The translations under genes were made by a program, and so were the position numbers. The notes beneath the pieces were generated by a model, which searched no databases, was not told where the DNA came from, and worked only from the letters and a program-made list of their open reading frames with translations. Positions 1-9,058 of a DNA stretch of 25,165 nucleotides are shown here, piece by piece (position 1 is the stretch's first letter; every line of letters starts with the position of its first letter). The stretch comes from an uncultured archaeon (GTDB lineage Archaea > Aenigmatarchaeota > Aenigmatarchaeia > QMZP01 > QMZT01), in contig CAYGVQ010000002.1 of the NCBI GenBank assembly GCA_964353515.1, forward strand, positions 1-25,165, in the 5' to 3' direction.

Positions 1-2
1 AA

Positions 3-770
3 CCGCCGGCAGGCTCGGGCCTAAGCAATCTCGGCGAGCTTTTCCCAGAAGAAGAATATTGCAGGTACGACACCAAAAAAATAGCCTTGCTGCCGGAAGA
101 CCCGCAGGCGGGCATAACCGGCGGGGAAGCTGTATGCACATGGAGATACATTGCGCCTGATGTTTTGCCAGGCCTGAGCATAAATGTTAAGCCAAGGGTA
201 AGATTTTACTATTCATACAAATCATCGACCATAAAAATGATTACGTTCGTTTCGAGGGATGAACTTAGGACGCTGCAAGACCAAGGCAAGGGCTTGCCAT
301 CCGAATCTTACAGCAAAACCAGTTCGCCGATTTCGCTTGATATAGAAACAGCCAGCCCCATAAGGACTTATGGCAGTAAGGTAGAGTTCCCCATTGTGGT
401 GACGGTCAAAAACATAGGTGGCGGGACCCCGTGTTTTGCCGACAGCGGCAACTGCAAAAAGCCGGGAGGAACGGGCGAAAACGAGCAATGGAGCAAGATC
501 GATCTGAACATAATACTTCCGGACGGGCTCACACCCGCGCCGGGTTCTTGTAGGATAAACGGTAAAATGATAACCGAGCAGGTAGTCTTTATTGGTTCGA
601 ATCCACAGACAATTTCCTGCAAAATAATTGGTGAAACAGGTACCCAAGTAGGCATTAACCAAAAGAACATAGAGGCAACAGCAAACTATGGTTACTTTAT
701 CGACAAAACCACCGAAGTCATAGTCTATCCTTCTACAAAACCCAATTCGCCGGCATCGTCTAATAAATAA
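3..770 (+). CDS. 5'-truncated secreted/surface protein with Ig-like beta-sandwich character; paralog of the next gene
   Basis: The frame is open from base 3 (PPAGSGLSNLGELFPEEEYCRYDTKKIALLPEDP...), so the TTG at 87 is not the true start. It aligns by eye with 781..1815, e.g. VKPRVRFYYSYKSSTIKMITFVSRDELRTLQDQGKGLPSE vs FNPSVRLYYWYGTSTIKSINIASQDELRSLQSRGVALPSE. Confidence 0.8.
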   Translation, partial: PPAGSGLSNLGELFPEEEYCRYDTKKIALLPEDPQAGITGGEAVCTWRYIAPDVLPGLSINVKPRVRFYYSYKSSTIKMITFVSRDELRTLQDQGKGLPSESYSKTSSPISLDIETASPIRTYGSKVEFPIVVTVKNIGGGTPCFADSGNCKKPGGTGENEQWSKIDLNIILPDGLTPAPGSCRINGKMITEQVVFIGSNPQTISCKIIGETGTQVGINQKNIEATANYGYFIDKTTEVIVYPSTKPNSPASSNK

Positions 771-780
771 AAGGATTAGT

Positions 781-1815
781 ATGCATGTTATAATTATGAG
801 CAGAAAACTCGCCGGCCTGCTTTTATCTTTACTTGCTGCCGTACTTGTTTTGCCAATTTCCGGCTGCGTTATGCTGGGAGGCAATACCTCTGGCGGCAGC
901 GGGGTGACAATAGAAAACTTCGAGGTCGATTTTCCGAGTGTATACGCAGGTGAAAATTTCAAACTCCAGATGAAAATAAGAAATACGGGTTCCGTTAACG
1001 CATACAACGTTTACCCAAAACTTTACAATATACAAACAACTCTCCAGGGTAGTAAGCTAGACGTTTCATGCGAGGAGACATGCAAAACAGGCACTACTCT
1101 GCTTGCCCCGGATCCGGAAAGAGGAACTGAAGGCGAATCAAGAACATGTATATGGGATTGCAAAGCCCCAACAGGCATACCAAAAGGCTTATCCGTTACG
1201 TTCAACCCAAGTGTCAGGCTGTATTACTGGTATGGAACAAGTACAATAAAATCCATTAACATAGCCTCTCAGGATGAACTAAGGTCTTTGCAATCTAGGG
1301 GTGTTGCCTTACCAAGCGAAACCATAAGCACAACCCAGGGTCCTGTCAGCCTAGGCATTGTTGTCAATGGACCCATAAGGTACTGGGAAGATGAAAGTAA
1401 GATAAGATTCCCCATCAACATAAACATGCAGAATGTTGGTGGTGGGGTAAGTTGCGTCACGAGGGATATAACAATCCCGATTCCCATGGGCCTGTATGCG
1501 CCAAGTTTCAATTATGTTACTCTTACAAGTGGTTGTGAACTTTCCAGCAATTGGGACAAAGTGGTCATATTTTTCAATGGCGGTGAAGGCAATCCAATCA
1601 GGGTTTTTAATTGCGATATATTCCAGGACCCCAACACAGGGCTCGTGACAGATTTGTGGAAAGGCCAGTCCAGGACAATAACATGTGAATTGGAAATGGA
1701 TGTCCCAAGAACAACTGCAGGAATTTTGCAGAAAAATTTAAACTTTGATTTATCATATGCCTATTTTATCGATAGAACGGTAAGCATTGAAGTAATCGGA
1801 AGGGACACACAATAA
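781..1815 (+). CDS. Putative lipoprotein/surface protein with two Ig-like (CARDB-like) domains
   Basis: Basic N-terminus plus hydrophobic stretch ending in a lipobox-like ISGC, then a G/S-rich linker. Repeated 'I.NxG' strands (KIRNTG, MQNVGGG) and several Cys. The true start may be ATG 796 (MSRKLAG). Confidence 0.75.
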   Translation: MHVIIMSRKLAGLLLSLLAAVLVLPISGCVMLGGNTSGGSGVTIENFEVDFPSVYAGENFKLQMKIRNTGSVNAYNVYPKLYNIQTTLQGSKLDVSCEETCKTGTTLLAPDPERGTEGESRTCIWDCKAPTGIPKGLSVTFNPSVRLYYWYGTSTIKSINIASQDELRSLQSRGVALPSETISTTQGPVSLGIVVNGPIRYWEDESKIRFPININMQNVGGGVSCVTRDITIPIPMGLYAPSFNYVTLTSGCELSSNWDKVVIFFNGGEGNPIRVFNCDIFQDPNTGLVTDLWKGQSRTITCELEMDVPRTTAGILQKNLNFDLSYAYFIDRTVSIEVIGRDTQ

Positions 1816-1816
1816 A

Positions 1817-3061
1817 TTAAAAATCACCGAGCGTTTTCTGGGGGATTTTAAACGAATGCTTCACCCCATCCTTCTCTATTTCTCCGTAGACGCCATCATA
1901 GCCGGGCTTTACCTCTATTTCCCCCTTTCTTGCTTTCAACACAAGACCGGCAATTTTTTCGTTTGAAATGTTTTTCATCCGCTCCTCATCCGCCTCCAGC
2001 AGAACGTTAAGCTCCGAGCCGAAGGCGGCAACGAGCCTGTTATATTCTTCCCAGACTTTTGAGGAGTTGATGTTGGTTTTGGCAGCAAATGATATAATTT
2101 CCGACAAAGGAATGACAGAACGGAAAGGCCTTGCATCTTTAGGCACGAAGCCTTCAGGCCGGTCTGCAAGCTCTTCGATCCTGTGCAATACGCCAATAGT
2201 CAACGGCCTTCTGCAGACAGGGCAGATATTACCAATCTTTTTGGACTCATCGGGACTCAAAGCAACATTGCAGTTCCTGTGGCCGTCGTAGTGGTATTTG
2301 CCATATGATGGGTCGACCTCTATGGTCTCTACCAGCCCTTCCTTCGTTCTCAAGGCTTTTATGAGATTTTCATATGCGGAGTGTTTTAGATCGAAGATTG
2401 TTGCCTCCCTGCCGATTCTCCATGGCCAGAAGGAATGGGCATCGGAGAATGAAACTATTGCAAATTTGTCAAGCTGGGAAAGTCTCCAATTCATTGCAGG
2501 GTCTGAGGAAAGGCCAGTCTCTATGGCATGCACATTTTTGGTCTGGTCTCTGAAGCAGTCTTCTATGTTGTCGAAGCCAGATTTCGAGCCGAAAAGCGAG
2601 AACCACGGTGTCCATGCATGCGCGGGTATTATCTCTATCATAGGATTTATGCCTTTAAGACTTTCCACGAGTTCACAAGAGGGAATGCCGCAGATAGGCC
2701 TTCCATCGGCCTCCAGATTCACACGTCTGCCTTTGAGCACATCGTTTATCTGAGCAGCAGTCTCAAAATCAGGGCACAGAAGGATATTATGTACTCTGTG
2801 AAGTCTTTTGTCCTGCGTGTATATACTTGATATCTCCCCCGACAAGACGAAATTGAAACCATCATATTTGAAGAAACCCGTTCCGTCATCTTCAAGTCCG
2901 TCTTTTAGCTCTGATAGCCACGAGGGGTGGGTGAAGTCGCCTGTTCCCAACAGCGAAAGGCCTTTGATACGTGCGTATTTTACTAGATTGTAAAGGCTGA
3001 GGTCGCTGCTTGTCGCTCTGGAAAAACGTGAATGAATGTGTAGGTCGGCTATGATTCTCAT
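1817..3061 (-). CDS. endoQ: Endonuclease Q family (PHP-domain DNA repair endonuclease)
   Basis: DLHIHSRFSRATS, GTGDFTHP, HAWTPWFS, SDAHS, YGKYHYDGHRNC, Zn-finger CPVC and GYDGVYG match the EndoQ family. Confidence 0.9.
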   Translation of the reverse strand: MRIIADLHIHSRFSRATSSDLSLYNLVKYARIKGLSLLGTGDFTHPSWLSELKDGLEDDGTGFFKYDGFNFVLSGEISSIYTQDKRLHRVHNILLCPDFETAAQINDVLKGRRVNLEADGRPICGIPSCELVESLKGINPMIEIIPAHAWTPWFSLFGSKSGFDNIEDCFRDQTKNVHAIETGLSSDPAMNWRLSQLDKFAIVSFSDAHSFWPWRIGREATIFDLKHSAYENLIKALRTKEGLVETIEVDPSYGKYHYDGHRNCNVALSPDESKKIGNICPVCRRPLTIGVLHRIEELADRPEGFVPKDARPFRSVIPLSEIISFAAKTNINSSKVWEEYNRLVAAFGSELNVLLEADEERMKNISNEKIAGLVLKARKGEIEVKPGYDGVYGEIEKDGVKHSFKIPQKTLGDF

Positions 3062-3080
3062 AAGAATAGATTGGCGGCGT

Positions 3081-3088
3081 TATTAAAA
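3081..3088 (-). promoter_or_regulatory. Candidate TATA box for a leaderless endoQ transcript (or T-tract after the tRNA)
   Basis: The minus strand reads TTTTAATA about 20 nt upstream of the endoQ ATG, and no Shine-Dalgarno is visible. Confidence 0.35.
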
Positions 3089-3093
3089 GGCTA

Positions 3094-3246
3094 TGGGCTC
3101 GAGGGGGATCGAACCCCTGGCCTTCGGCTCTCCTGGTTAAAACATGACAGGCAATTATTCGAATGACACAGGCAGTACCTGTGCCCGTCTCTGGACGCCT
3201 GCCGGCCATATAAGACCGACGCTCTAACCAACTGAGCTACGAGCCC
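3094..3246 (-). tRNA. tRNA-Ile (anticodon UAU), intron-containing, CCA not encoded
   Basis: Minus strand: acceptor GGGCTCG/CGAGCCC plus discriminator A; D-arm GCTC-AGTTGGTTA-GAGC; anticodon stem TCGGT/GCCGA with loop CT-TAT-A^A; variable AGGCC; T-arm AGGGG-TTCGATC-CCCCT. Followed by TAG, not CCA. Confidence 0.92.
3130..3208 (-). other. 79-nt tRNA intron at canonical position 37/38
   Basis: Removing 3130-3208 restores a 7-nt anticodon loop. The intron folds internally: GGCAGGC/GCCTGTC and GGCACAGG-TACTG-CCTGTGTC. Confidence 0.85.
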
Positions 3247-3432
3247 GAGCAGCGTAGGGCGCATATACCACATGCGCCGACATTTTTTGATAATGTATAT
3301 TGGTCGGCGCTTAAATTAATTGGTTTTGCCTTTGTTATTGTTTAGAGAAAAGCTTATAAATAACATATTCATATTTTGTATATCTATTGTTTATCTATAA
3401 ATCGATAAATAGAGCCAAAGGAGAGTGGTGTT

Positions 3433-5070
3433 ATGAATGGAGCACAGGCTGTTCAGCCGATATTTATACTCCCTGAGGGCACTTTGAGGACCAAGGGGAG
3501 AGAGGCCCACAAGAGCAACATAGCGGCCGCAAAACTCGTTGCAGATGCAGTAAGAACTACATTAGGCCCTAAAGGCATGGACAAGATGCTGGTCGATTCT
3601 TTGGGTGACGTGACTATAACCAATGATGGAGCGACTATACTGGGCGAGATGCAGATAGAGCATCCTGCAGCTAAGATGATGGTCGAAGTCGCCAAAACGC
3701 AGGATGAAGCAGTGGGAGACGGCACCACGACTGCTGTAATAATTGCCGGAGAACTTCTGCACGAGGCTGAAAAACTTCTAGAGCAGCAGATACACCCGAC
3801 TGTTATTACAAAAGGTTTCAGATTAGCGAGGATAAAGGCGCTTGAGGCTGTCGAAAAACAGGCAAAGAAGGTCACTATAGAAAACGAGGATACCTTGAAA
3901 AAAATAGCCACCACAGCCATGACAGGCAAATCAGCAGAGAGAGCGTCTGATAAGCTTTCTGAACTTGCGGTCAGGTCTGTTAAAAGGATAGCGGAACTAA
4001 AGGAAGGCAAGGTTTACATAGACACGGACAACGTAAAGATCGAGAAGAAGCAGGGCGGCTCGATGAGCGACACCGAACTTATAGACGGTATAGTTCTTGA
4101 CAAAGAGGTGGTTCACTCTGCAATGCCCAAGAGAATTGAACGGGCAAAGATAGTGCTTATAGACTCCGCACTCGAGGTAAAGGAACTTGGTGGCGATGCC
4201 AAGATAAGCATAGATTCCCCGGAAAAGTTCCAGGCCTTCCTCGAGGATGAGGAAAGAACGCTTAAAGGCATGGTAGACCTCGTAGTCAAATCAGGAGCAA
4301 ACGTTGTCTTATGCCAGAAAGGTATAGATGACATTGCACAACATTACCTTGCCAAAGCAGGCGTGCTTGCAGCACGAAGGGTAAAGAAGTCCGACATGGA
4401 CAAGCTGGCAAGGGCAACAGGCGCGAAGGTGGTAACCAGCCTCAAGGACATGAGCAAGGCAGATCTTGGCTACGCCGGTTTGGTTGATGAAAGAAAGATA
4501 GCAGGAGACGAAATGATTTTTGTAGAGAAATGCAAGGAACCAAAGGCGGTAACGATACTTATACGCGGTGGCAGCGAACATGTCGTTGATGAGGTGGAAA
4601 GGGCAATGACAGACGCTGTCAAGGGAGTCGCCGCCTCTCTCGAACTCGGAAAAATCGTGCCTGGAGGAGGAGCGGTCGAGGTCGAGGTGGCAAGGCAGCT
4701 GAGGAAATATGCGGATTCCTTTGAGGGAAGGGAACAGCTCGCAATAAACGCTTTCGCCATTGCCATGGAGGTCGTACCTAAGAGTCTCGCTGAAAACGCT
4801 GGGCTCGATCCCATAGATAAGCTTGCTCTGCTAAGATCAGAGCACGACAAGAACAGGACATCGGTAGGCCTTGATGTCTTCACCGGAGAAGTCAAAGACA
4901 TGATGGCTCTGGGCGTCATAGAACCCCTGAAAATCAAGGTACAGGCAATAAAGAGCGCCAGCGAAGTAGCAGAGATGATACTCAGGATTGACGACATAAT
5001 ATCGGCAGGGTCAGGTGAAAGAAAAATGCCACCCATGCCGGGTGCAGGGGGAATGCCTGAAGAATATTAA
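3433..5070 (+). CDS. ths: Thermosome subunit (group II chaperonin)
   Basis: [33 protein letters not shown] and an [10 protein letters not shown] tail; SD-like GGAGAGTGGTG upstream. Confidence 0.98.
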   Translation: MNGAQAVQPIFILPEGTLRTKGREAHKSNIAAAKLVADAVRTTLGPKGMDKMLVDSLGDVTITNDGATILGEMQIEHPAAKMMVEVAKTQDEAVGDGTTTAVIIAGELLHEAEKLLEQQIHPTVITKGFRLARIKALEAVEKQAKKVTIENEDTLKKIATTAMTGKSAERASDKLSELAVRSVKRIAELKEGKVYIDTDNVKIEKKQGGSMSDTELIDGIVLDKEVVHSAMPKRIERAKIVLIDSALEVKELGGDAKISIDSPEKFQAFLEDEERTLKGMVDLVVKSGANVVLCQKGIDDIAQHYLAKAGVLAARRVKKSDMDKLARATGAKVVTSLKDMSKADLGYAGLVDERKIAGDEMIFVEKCKEPKAVTILIRGGSEHVVDEVERAMTDAVKGVAASLELGKIVPGGGAVEVEVARQLRKYADSFEGREQLAINAFAIAMEVVPKSLAENAGLDPIDKLALLRSEHDKNRTSVGLDVFTGEVKDMMALGVIEPLKIKVQAIKSASEVAEMILRIDDIISAGSGERKMPPMPGAGGMPEEY

Positions 5071-5089
5071 AAGCGGCTTAAACCCCTCA

Positions 5090-5099
5090 TTTTTCTTTT
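5090..5099 (+). terminator. Archaeal-type oligo-T terminator after ths
   Basis: TTTTTCTTTT about 20 nt downstream of the stop codon. Confidence 0.45.
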
Positions 5100-5135
5100 A
5101 AAATATTTATATTAGGATAGGGCCAAATAATTATT

Positions 5136-5645
5136 ATGGCACCAGATATTGACAGTTCGGACGATGAATTTGAGATAATCCCAACTTCGCCTATCAGAAG
5201 GCTTGAAAAAAGAATAGACAAAGTGGAGGGTGGAACGTATTCTTCCGAGGTTCGCAGGCTTATAGAACAGGTTTTAGATCTCATAAAATCGAACCAGAAA
5301 ATAATAGACAGCAGTATAAAAGCGAACAACGATCTCATATCAGAGGTTTCAAAGCTTCCTAGAAAGATGGACGACCTTATTTTGGAAATGAGGGAGTTCA
5401 TGAAACTTTTGAAAATATCAGCAGAAGAAGAGGAAGTTTCGAATGTTTCAAAAGAGGTCATGGCACCAATAGTTGACAAACTAACAGAGCTTATAGAGCA
5501 CAATAAGAAGAATTTCGAAACGAACCAGGCGGTTCTGACGACTCTTGGGATTATCGAAAAACGGCTCAAGAGGTTTTATGCTCCAGCTTCGCCCGCACTA
5601 ACTCCAATGAGACCAGCCTCTGAATACAGGACGGAGCTAAGGTAG
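5136..5645 (+). CDS. Hypothetical coiled-coil protein
   Basis: All-helical heptad-like pattern (IRRLEKRIDKVE, VRRLIEQVLDLIKSNQKII), no TM segment; co-oriented between ths and the pilin. Confidence 0.75.
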   Translation: MAPDIDSSDDEFEIIPTSPIRRLEKRIDKVEGGTYSSEVRRLIEQVLDLIKSNQKIIDSSIKANNDLISEVSKLPRKMDDLILEMREFMKLLKISAEEEEVSNVSKEVMAPIVDKLTELIEHNKKNFETNQAVLTTLGIIEKRLKRFYAPASPALTPMRPASEYRTELR

Positions 5646-5674
5646 TTTTCAAATAACAACTAAGGAGGTTAAAA

Positions 5675-6115
5675 ATGAAGGGAATAACGCCGATAATATC
5701 CGTAATAATCCTTTTGCTGATAACGGTAGGACTAGCGGCTGCGGCTTGGACATATATGGGCAACTATTTTTCTTCAATAACAGCGAAAACAATAGAAATC
5801 CCGACCCAGAAATGTATCAACGGCAAGGATGTCATGGTAGTGGTCCATAACATGGGCACACAGAATGTGAGCGTAATCAGCGATATAGTGGTTCTTAACG
5901 GTAGCACGGCTTTGACATCAAGCGAGATTATATGGTGCAAACTTGACGAAACATGCTCAAAAGCAGGCGGCAACACCAAAACTAGCGTAGAGCCTGGAGG
6001 CTTTGCCAAAGCAGTTGTATACGATTGCGCAGTAGGTGGCATCACCAAAACATGCACATATGATTTCGTGGTTGCAGGAAGGACACAGTCAGCAACTGTT
6101 TACTGCTCGGGCTAA
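5675..6115 (+). CDS. Archaeal type IV pilin/archaellin-like protein (class III signal peptide)
   Basis: N-terminus MKG|ITPIISVIILLLITVGLAAAAWTYM; Cys-containing globular head; strong SD GGAGG 6 nt upstream. Confidence 0.9.
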   Translation: MKGITPIISVIILLLITVGLAAAAWTYMGNYFSSITAKTIEIPTQKCINGKDVMVVVHNMGTQNVSVISDIVVLNGSTALTSSEIIWCKLDETCSKAGGNTKTSVEPGGFAKAVVYDCAVGGITKTCTYDFVVAGRTQSATVYCSG

Positions 6116-6128
6116 AAAACTTTTGGTT

Positions 6129-8960
6129 TTAATTATTTTTCAACTTTTTGTAATCTAATTTACCTTGGGCCAGTCTACCCTTCCCTCCGCCTGAACCGGA
6201 ATATTTCTCGCATATATTCTTAACCATTTTTATTATGTTTCCCCTTTTACTCATACCGACAACATCGCCCTTTTTATTCACCAGAACTACCGTAATTTCT
6301 GGATGTTTTGAAATAACAGAATCGCAAAGGGTAATCATATCCCTTCTTTCCATGTCTACTACCTCAAATATTTCATTGTTTTTCGTTCTTTTGACCAGGT
6401 TTTCTATCTCCATATCAGCCTTCTCCCTTGATATGGTTCCCATTTCCTTTTTCAGTTTTTTCCACAGTTCAAAAACCACAATGCATGCATCTTTGATATT
6501 CCTTACCCGTTCTCTCTCCATTTTCCTGCCAATTTTTTCTTTGTAGCAACCAATTTCGTTTACGAATTTTTGAACAGTTTTACCCAATTGGTCGACAGGC
6601 ACCGAAAAGAAGTCTGAGCACTCTCTCAGTTGTTTTGGTATATCCCTTTCCGGCTCGAAAAGCACAACCTTTTTCAAATCTTTTAGAATATTTTCGAATA
6701 TCGCCTTTTCCATGTCAGATATCTTGCCTGCTTCTTCGCCCACCGTGAATTCTATGCGGTCAACACCATCCTGTATCTTTGTAGTTTTAAGTATTTTTAT
6801 TTTGCTGACTTCTCTAGTGTTGTTAAGATGCGTTCCTCCACAGGCCTCTACATCAATTCCTGATATGTTAACTATTCTGAGGAGCTTTCCTGGTACCGCG
6901 CCGCCCTGATAAATTCTCATGCCAAATCTCTTTTCTGCGTCATTTCTTGGCATGAGAAGCTTTTCTATTGTAATCCCTCTTTCAACCGTTTTATTGGCGA
7001 CCTCCTCTATTTTTTTGATTTCTGCATTAGTGAGCGGTAGGTAATGTGTTATGTCAAGATGAGACTTTTCCTCAGTTTTCTTTGCCCCCGCCTGATTTAC
7101 GTGATTACCCAGAATGCTTCTTGCCGCTGCATTAAGGATATGGGTCGCTGTATGCTGCTGTGACAATCTCAACCTCCTTAAAAAATCAACCTCTCCTTGT
7201 ATTTCCTGTCCTTCTTTCAGGCCATGTTTTTTCTCGAGTACATGCACAACGACACCACCCTGTTTGAAGACGTTTTTTACGTCCTTTACGTCTATTTTTC
7301 CGATGTCATGCAGCTGCCCACCAGATGTTGGGTAAAATGCTGTCCGGTCAAGTATGACATTTTCACCGATAACTTTCAGAACCTTAGCCCGGAATTCAAG
7401 CATTTTATAATCCATGAAATACATAATTTTCGTATCAGAGATGCCTTCTAGCGGAAGCCTTTCCGATCTTTCGGTTTCGCTTTCCTGCTCGACTTTCTCA
7501 TGTAGTGCTGAAACTTTTGAATAGAAATCATCTGGTATGTGTATTTTTCCACCTCTTTTTTCGAGTTCCTCTTTTATTATTTCTGGTGATATGCCGTGAC
7601 TATCATAAAGCTTTAACAGATCCTTTTCGTCGACATTTCTCTTAAACAATTTGCTCACGATCCTGATTGAATTCTCTTTTGTACTTTGGTATTTCTTTTC
7701 TTCAACAGCAATTATTTTGGTTACGCCTTCAAGATTCTCAGCAAGTTCAGGGAAAATCGACTTAAGGTAGTTGGCATGCCACTCGCAAACCTTTGCCAGT
7801 TCGATGTCCCATCCATACTCGCTTTTAAAAGCCATTGTCCTTCTGGCCAGAATCCTAAGATTATATCCGCCGCCGACATTACTCGGTAAACCACCATCTG
7901 CTAAGGCAAAAAGCAGACTTCTCATATGCTCTGCTATTGAATAAATACCTGATAATGGCATTATAAAATTCCTCAAGTCTTTCGGGTCCATACCAACCTT
8001 TTCAGCAACATTCTTCCATGCCCTTTCTATATTTTCTGTTTCATCCAAATTCAGCAGGCCGGCGTGGGGGACGTATTTTCTCATAATCTCCTTATCGACC
8101 TTCAGGCCCGTTTTTGATAAAAGTTTTTCAATAATATTCGGAAAAGACGCATCATAGATAGTTTCACAACCCTTGGAAAACCAAGCGTTCCTTTCCTGTC
8201 CCATACCCATATCCAGAACCTTTATGTTGAGGTCTTTGTTGCCTGATGGCGTTTGCTCGTAAAGCATATAAACTTGGTTGCCCAATTCGCACCCTCTGGA
8301 AAAGAATTCCATGCATGGGCCAAAATTTCCCCCACCTGCCCATGCGTCCTCGTGAAATATCAAATCCGAACTTTTTAATCCAAGGCCTTTCCCTAGCCAA
8401 GCGTATATATCCCTGAAAACCTTGTCCAAGTTCCACTCTTCTGGCCTAACAAACATGTGCTGGCCTATCATCACAAAGCCCGTGTTATGGGATTGCGTAA
8501 TGCCGACATTATCTATATCATTAAATCTTAGGCAAAACTGTGGAATTACAAGCGGGTTTGCAGGTGGTTCAACTTCACCGGAAATAACATAAGGTTGAAA
8601 TGCAGCGATCGAGGCATTCGTATATTCCATCGTCGGGTTCCATCTGGCGACGACAGGGTATCTCTTTATTGGTGTATAGCCAAAGCCCCTGAACATTTTC
8701 GCGAACTCCTGCCACACTTCAACATATCCTAACTTTCTTGCGGCAGGTGAGTTGCCAATAAAAGCGAAACCTTCCCCGCTGCATAAGGGATCACCGCACA
8801 CCTTTCTTTCAGGGATAGTCGACCAGAAAGGCTTCCTACATTTTGAGCATATTTTCCTGCCGAAGCCTTCTTCTTTCAAAACCCCTGTGGCATAATATTT
8901 ATCAGGGTTGGACCAGAATCTCGGTCTGAATTCCTTTTTGATTTCCTTATCTGGTTTCAT
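6129..8960 (-). CDS. alaS: Alanine--tRNA ligase, archaeal type
   Basis: N-terminal CxxC...C motif, YPVVARW, ASIAAFQP, DMGMGQER, FYPTSGGQLHD, editing QHTATH and CGGTH, C-Ala SGGGKGRLAQG. Confidence 0.97.
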   Translation of the reverse strand: MKPDKEIKKEFRPRFWSNPDKYYATGVLKEEGFGRKICSKCRKPFWSTIPERKVCGDPLCSGEGFAFIGNSPAARKLGYVEVWQEFAKMFRGFGYTPIKRYPVVARWNPTMEYTNASIAAFQPYVISGEVEPPANPLVIPQFCLRFNDIDNVGITQSHNTGFVMIGQHMFVRPEEWNLDKVFRDIYAWLGKGLGLKSSDLIFHEDAWAGGGNFGPCMEFFSRGCELGNQVYMLYEQTPSGNKDLNIKVLDMGMGQERNAWFSKGCETIYDASFPNIIEKLLSKTGLKVDKEIMRKYVPHAGLLNLDETENIERAWKNVAEKVGMDPKDLRNFIMPLSGIYSIAEHMRSLLFALADGGLPSNVGGGYNLRILARRTMAFKSEYGWDIELAKVCEWHANYLKSIFPELAENLEGVTKIIAVEEKKYQSTKENSIRIVSKLFKRNVDEKDLLKLYDSHGISPEIIKEELEKRGGKIHIPDDFYSKVSALHEKVEQESETERSERLPLEGISDTKIMYFMDYKMLEFRAKVLKVIGENVILDRTAFYPTSGGQLHDIGKIDVKDVKNVFKQGGVVVHVLEKKHGLKEGQEIQGEVDFLRRLRLSQQHTATHILNAAARSILGNHVNQAGAKKTEEKSHLDITHYLPLTNAEIKKIEEVANKTVERGITIEKLLMPRNDAEKRFGMRIYQGGAVPGKLLRIVNISGIDVEACGGTHLNNTREVSKIKILKTTKIQDGVDRIEFTVGEEAGKISDMEKAIFENILKDLKKVVLFEPERDIPKQLRECSDFFSVPVDQLGKTVQKFVNEIGCYKEKIGRKMERERVRNIKDACIVVFELWKKLKKEMGTISREKADMEIENLVKRTKNNEIFEVVDMERRDMITLCDSVISKHPEITVVLVNKKGDVVGMSKRGNIIKMVKNICEKYSGSGGGKGRLAQGKLDYKKLKNN

Positions 8961-9041
8961 AATTTAATACTTTCTTGGCAACTACTTAAAAATCAAAGCT
9001 TATTTATATTTTCAGAAGTAGGAAAACGTCGCGCCTTTCAC

Positions 9042-9058
9042 AAAATAAAAAATTAAAA
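9042..9058 (-). terminator. Oligo-T terminator after rpl12
   Basis: The minus strand reads TTTTAATTTTTTATTTT immediately after the stop codon. Confidence 0.5.

Noticed and set aside
3094-3246. tRNA as an integration site for a mobile element
   Set aside because: No duplicated tRNA fragment (att site), integrase or transposase was seen in the window.
2892-3273. ORFs 2892..3209 (-) and 3091..3273 (-)
   Set aside because: They run through the tRNA gene and its intron, have no recognisable protein features, and are better explained as chance frames in GC-rich RNA. The intron is far too short for a homing endonuclease.
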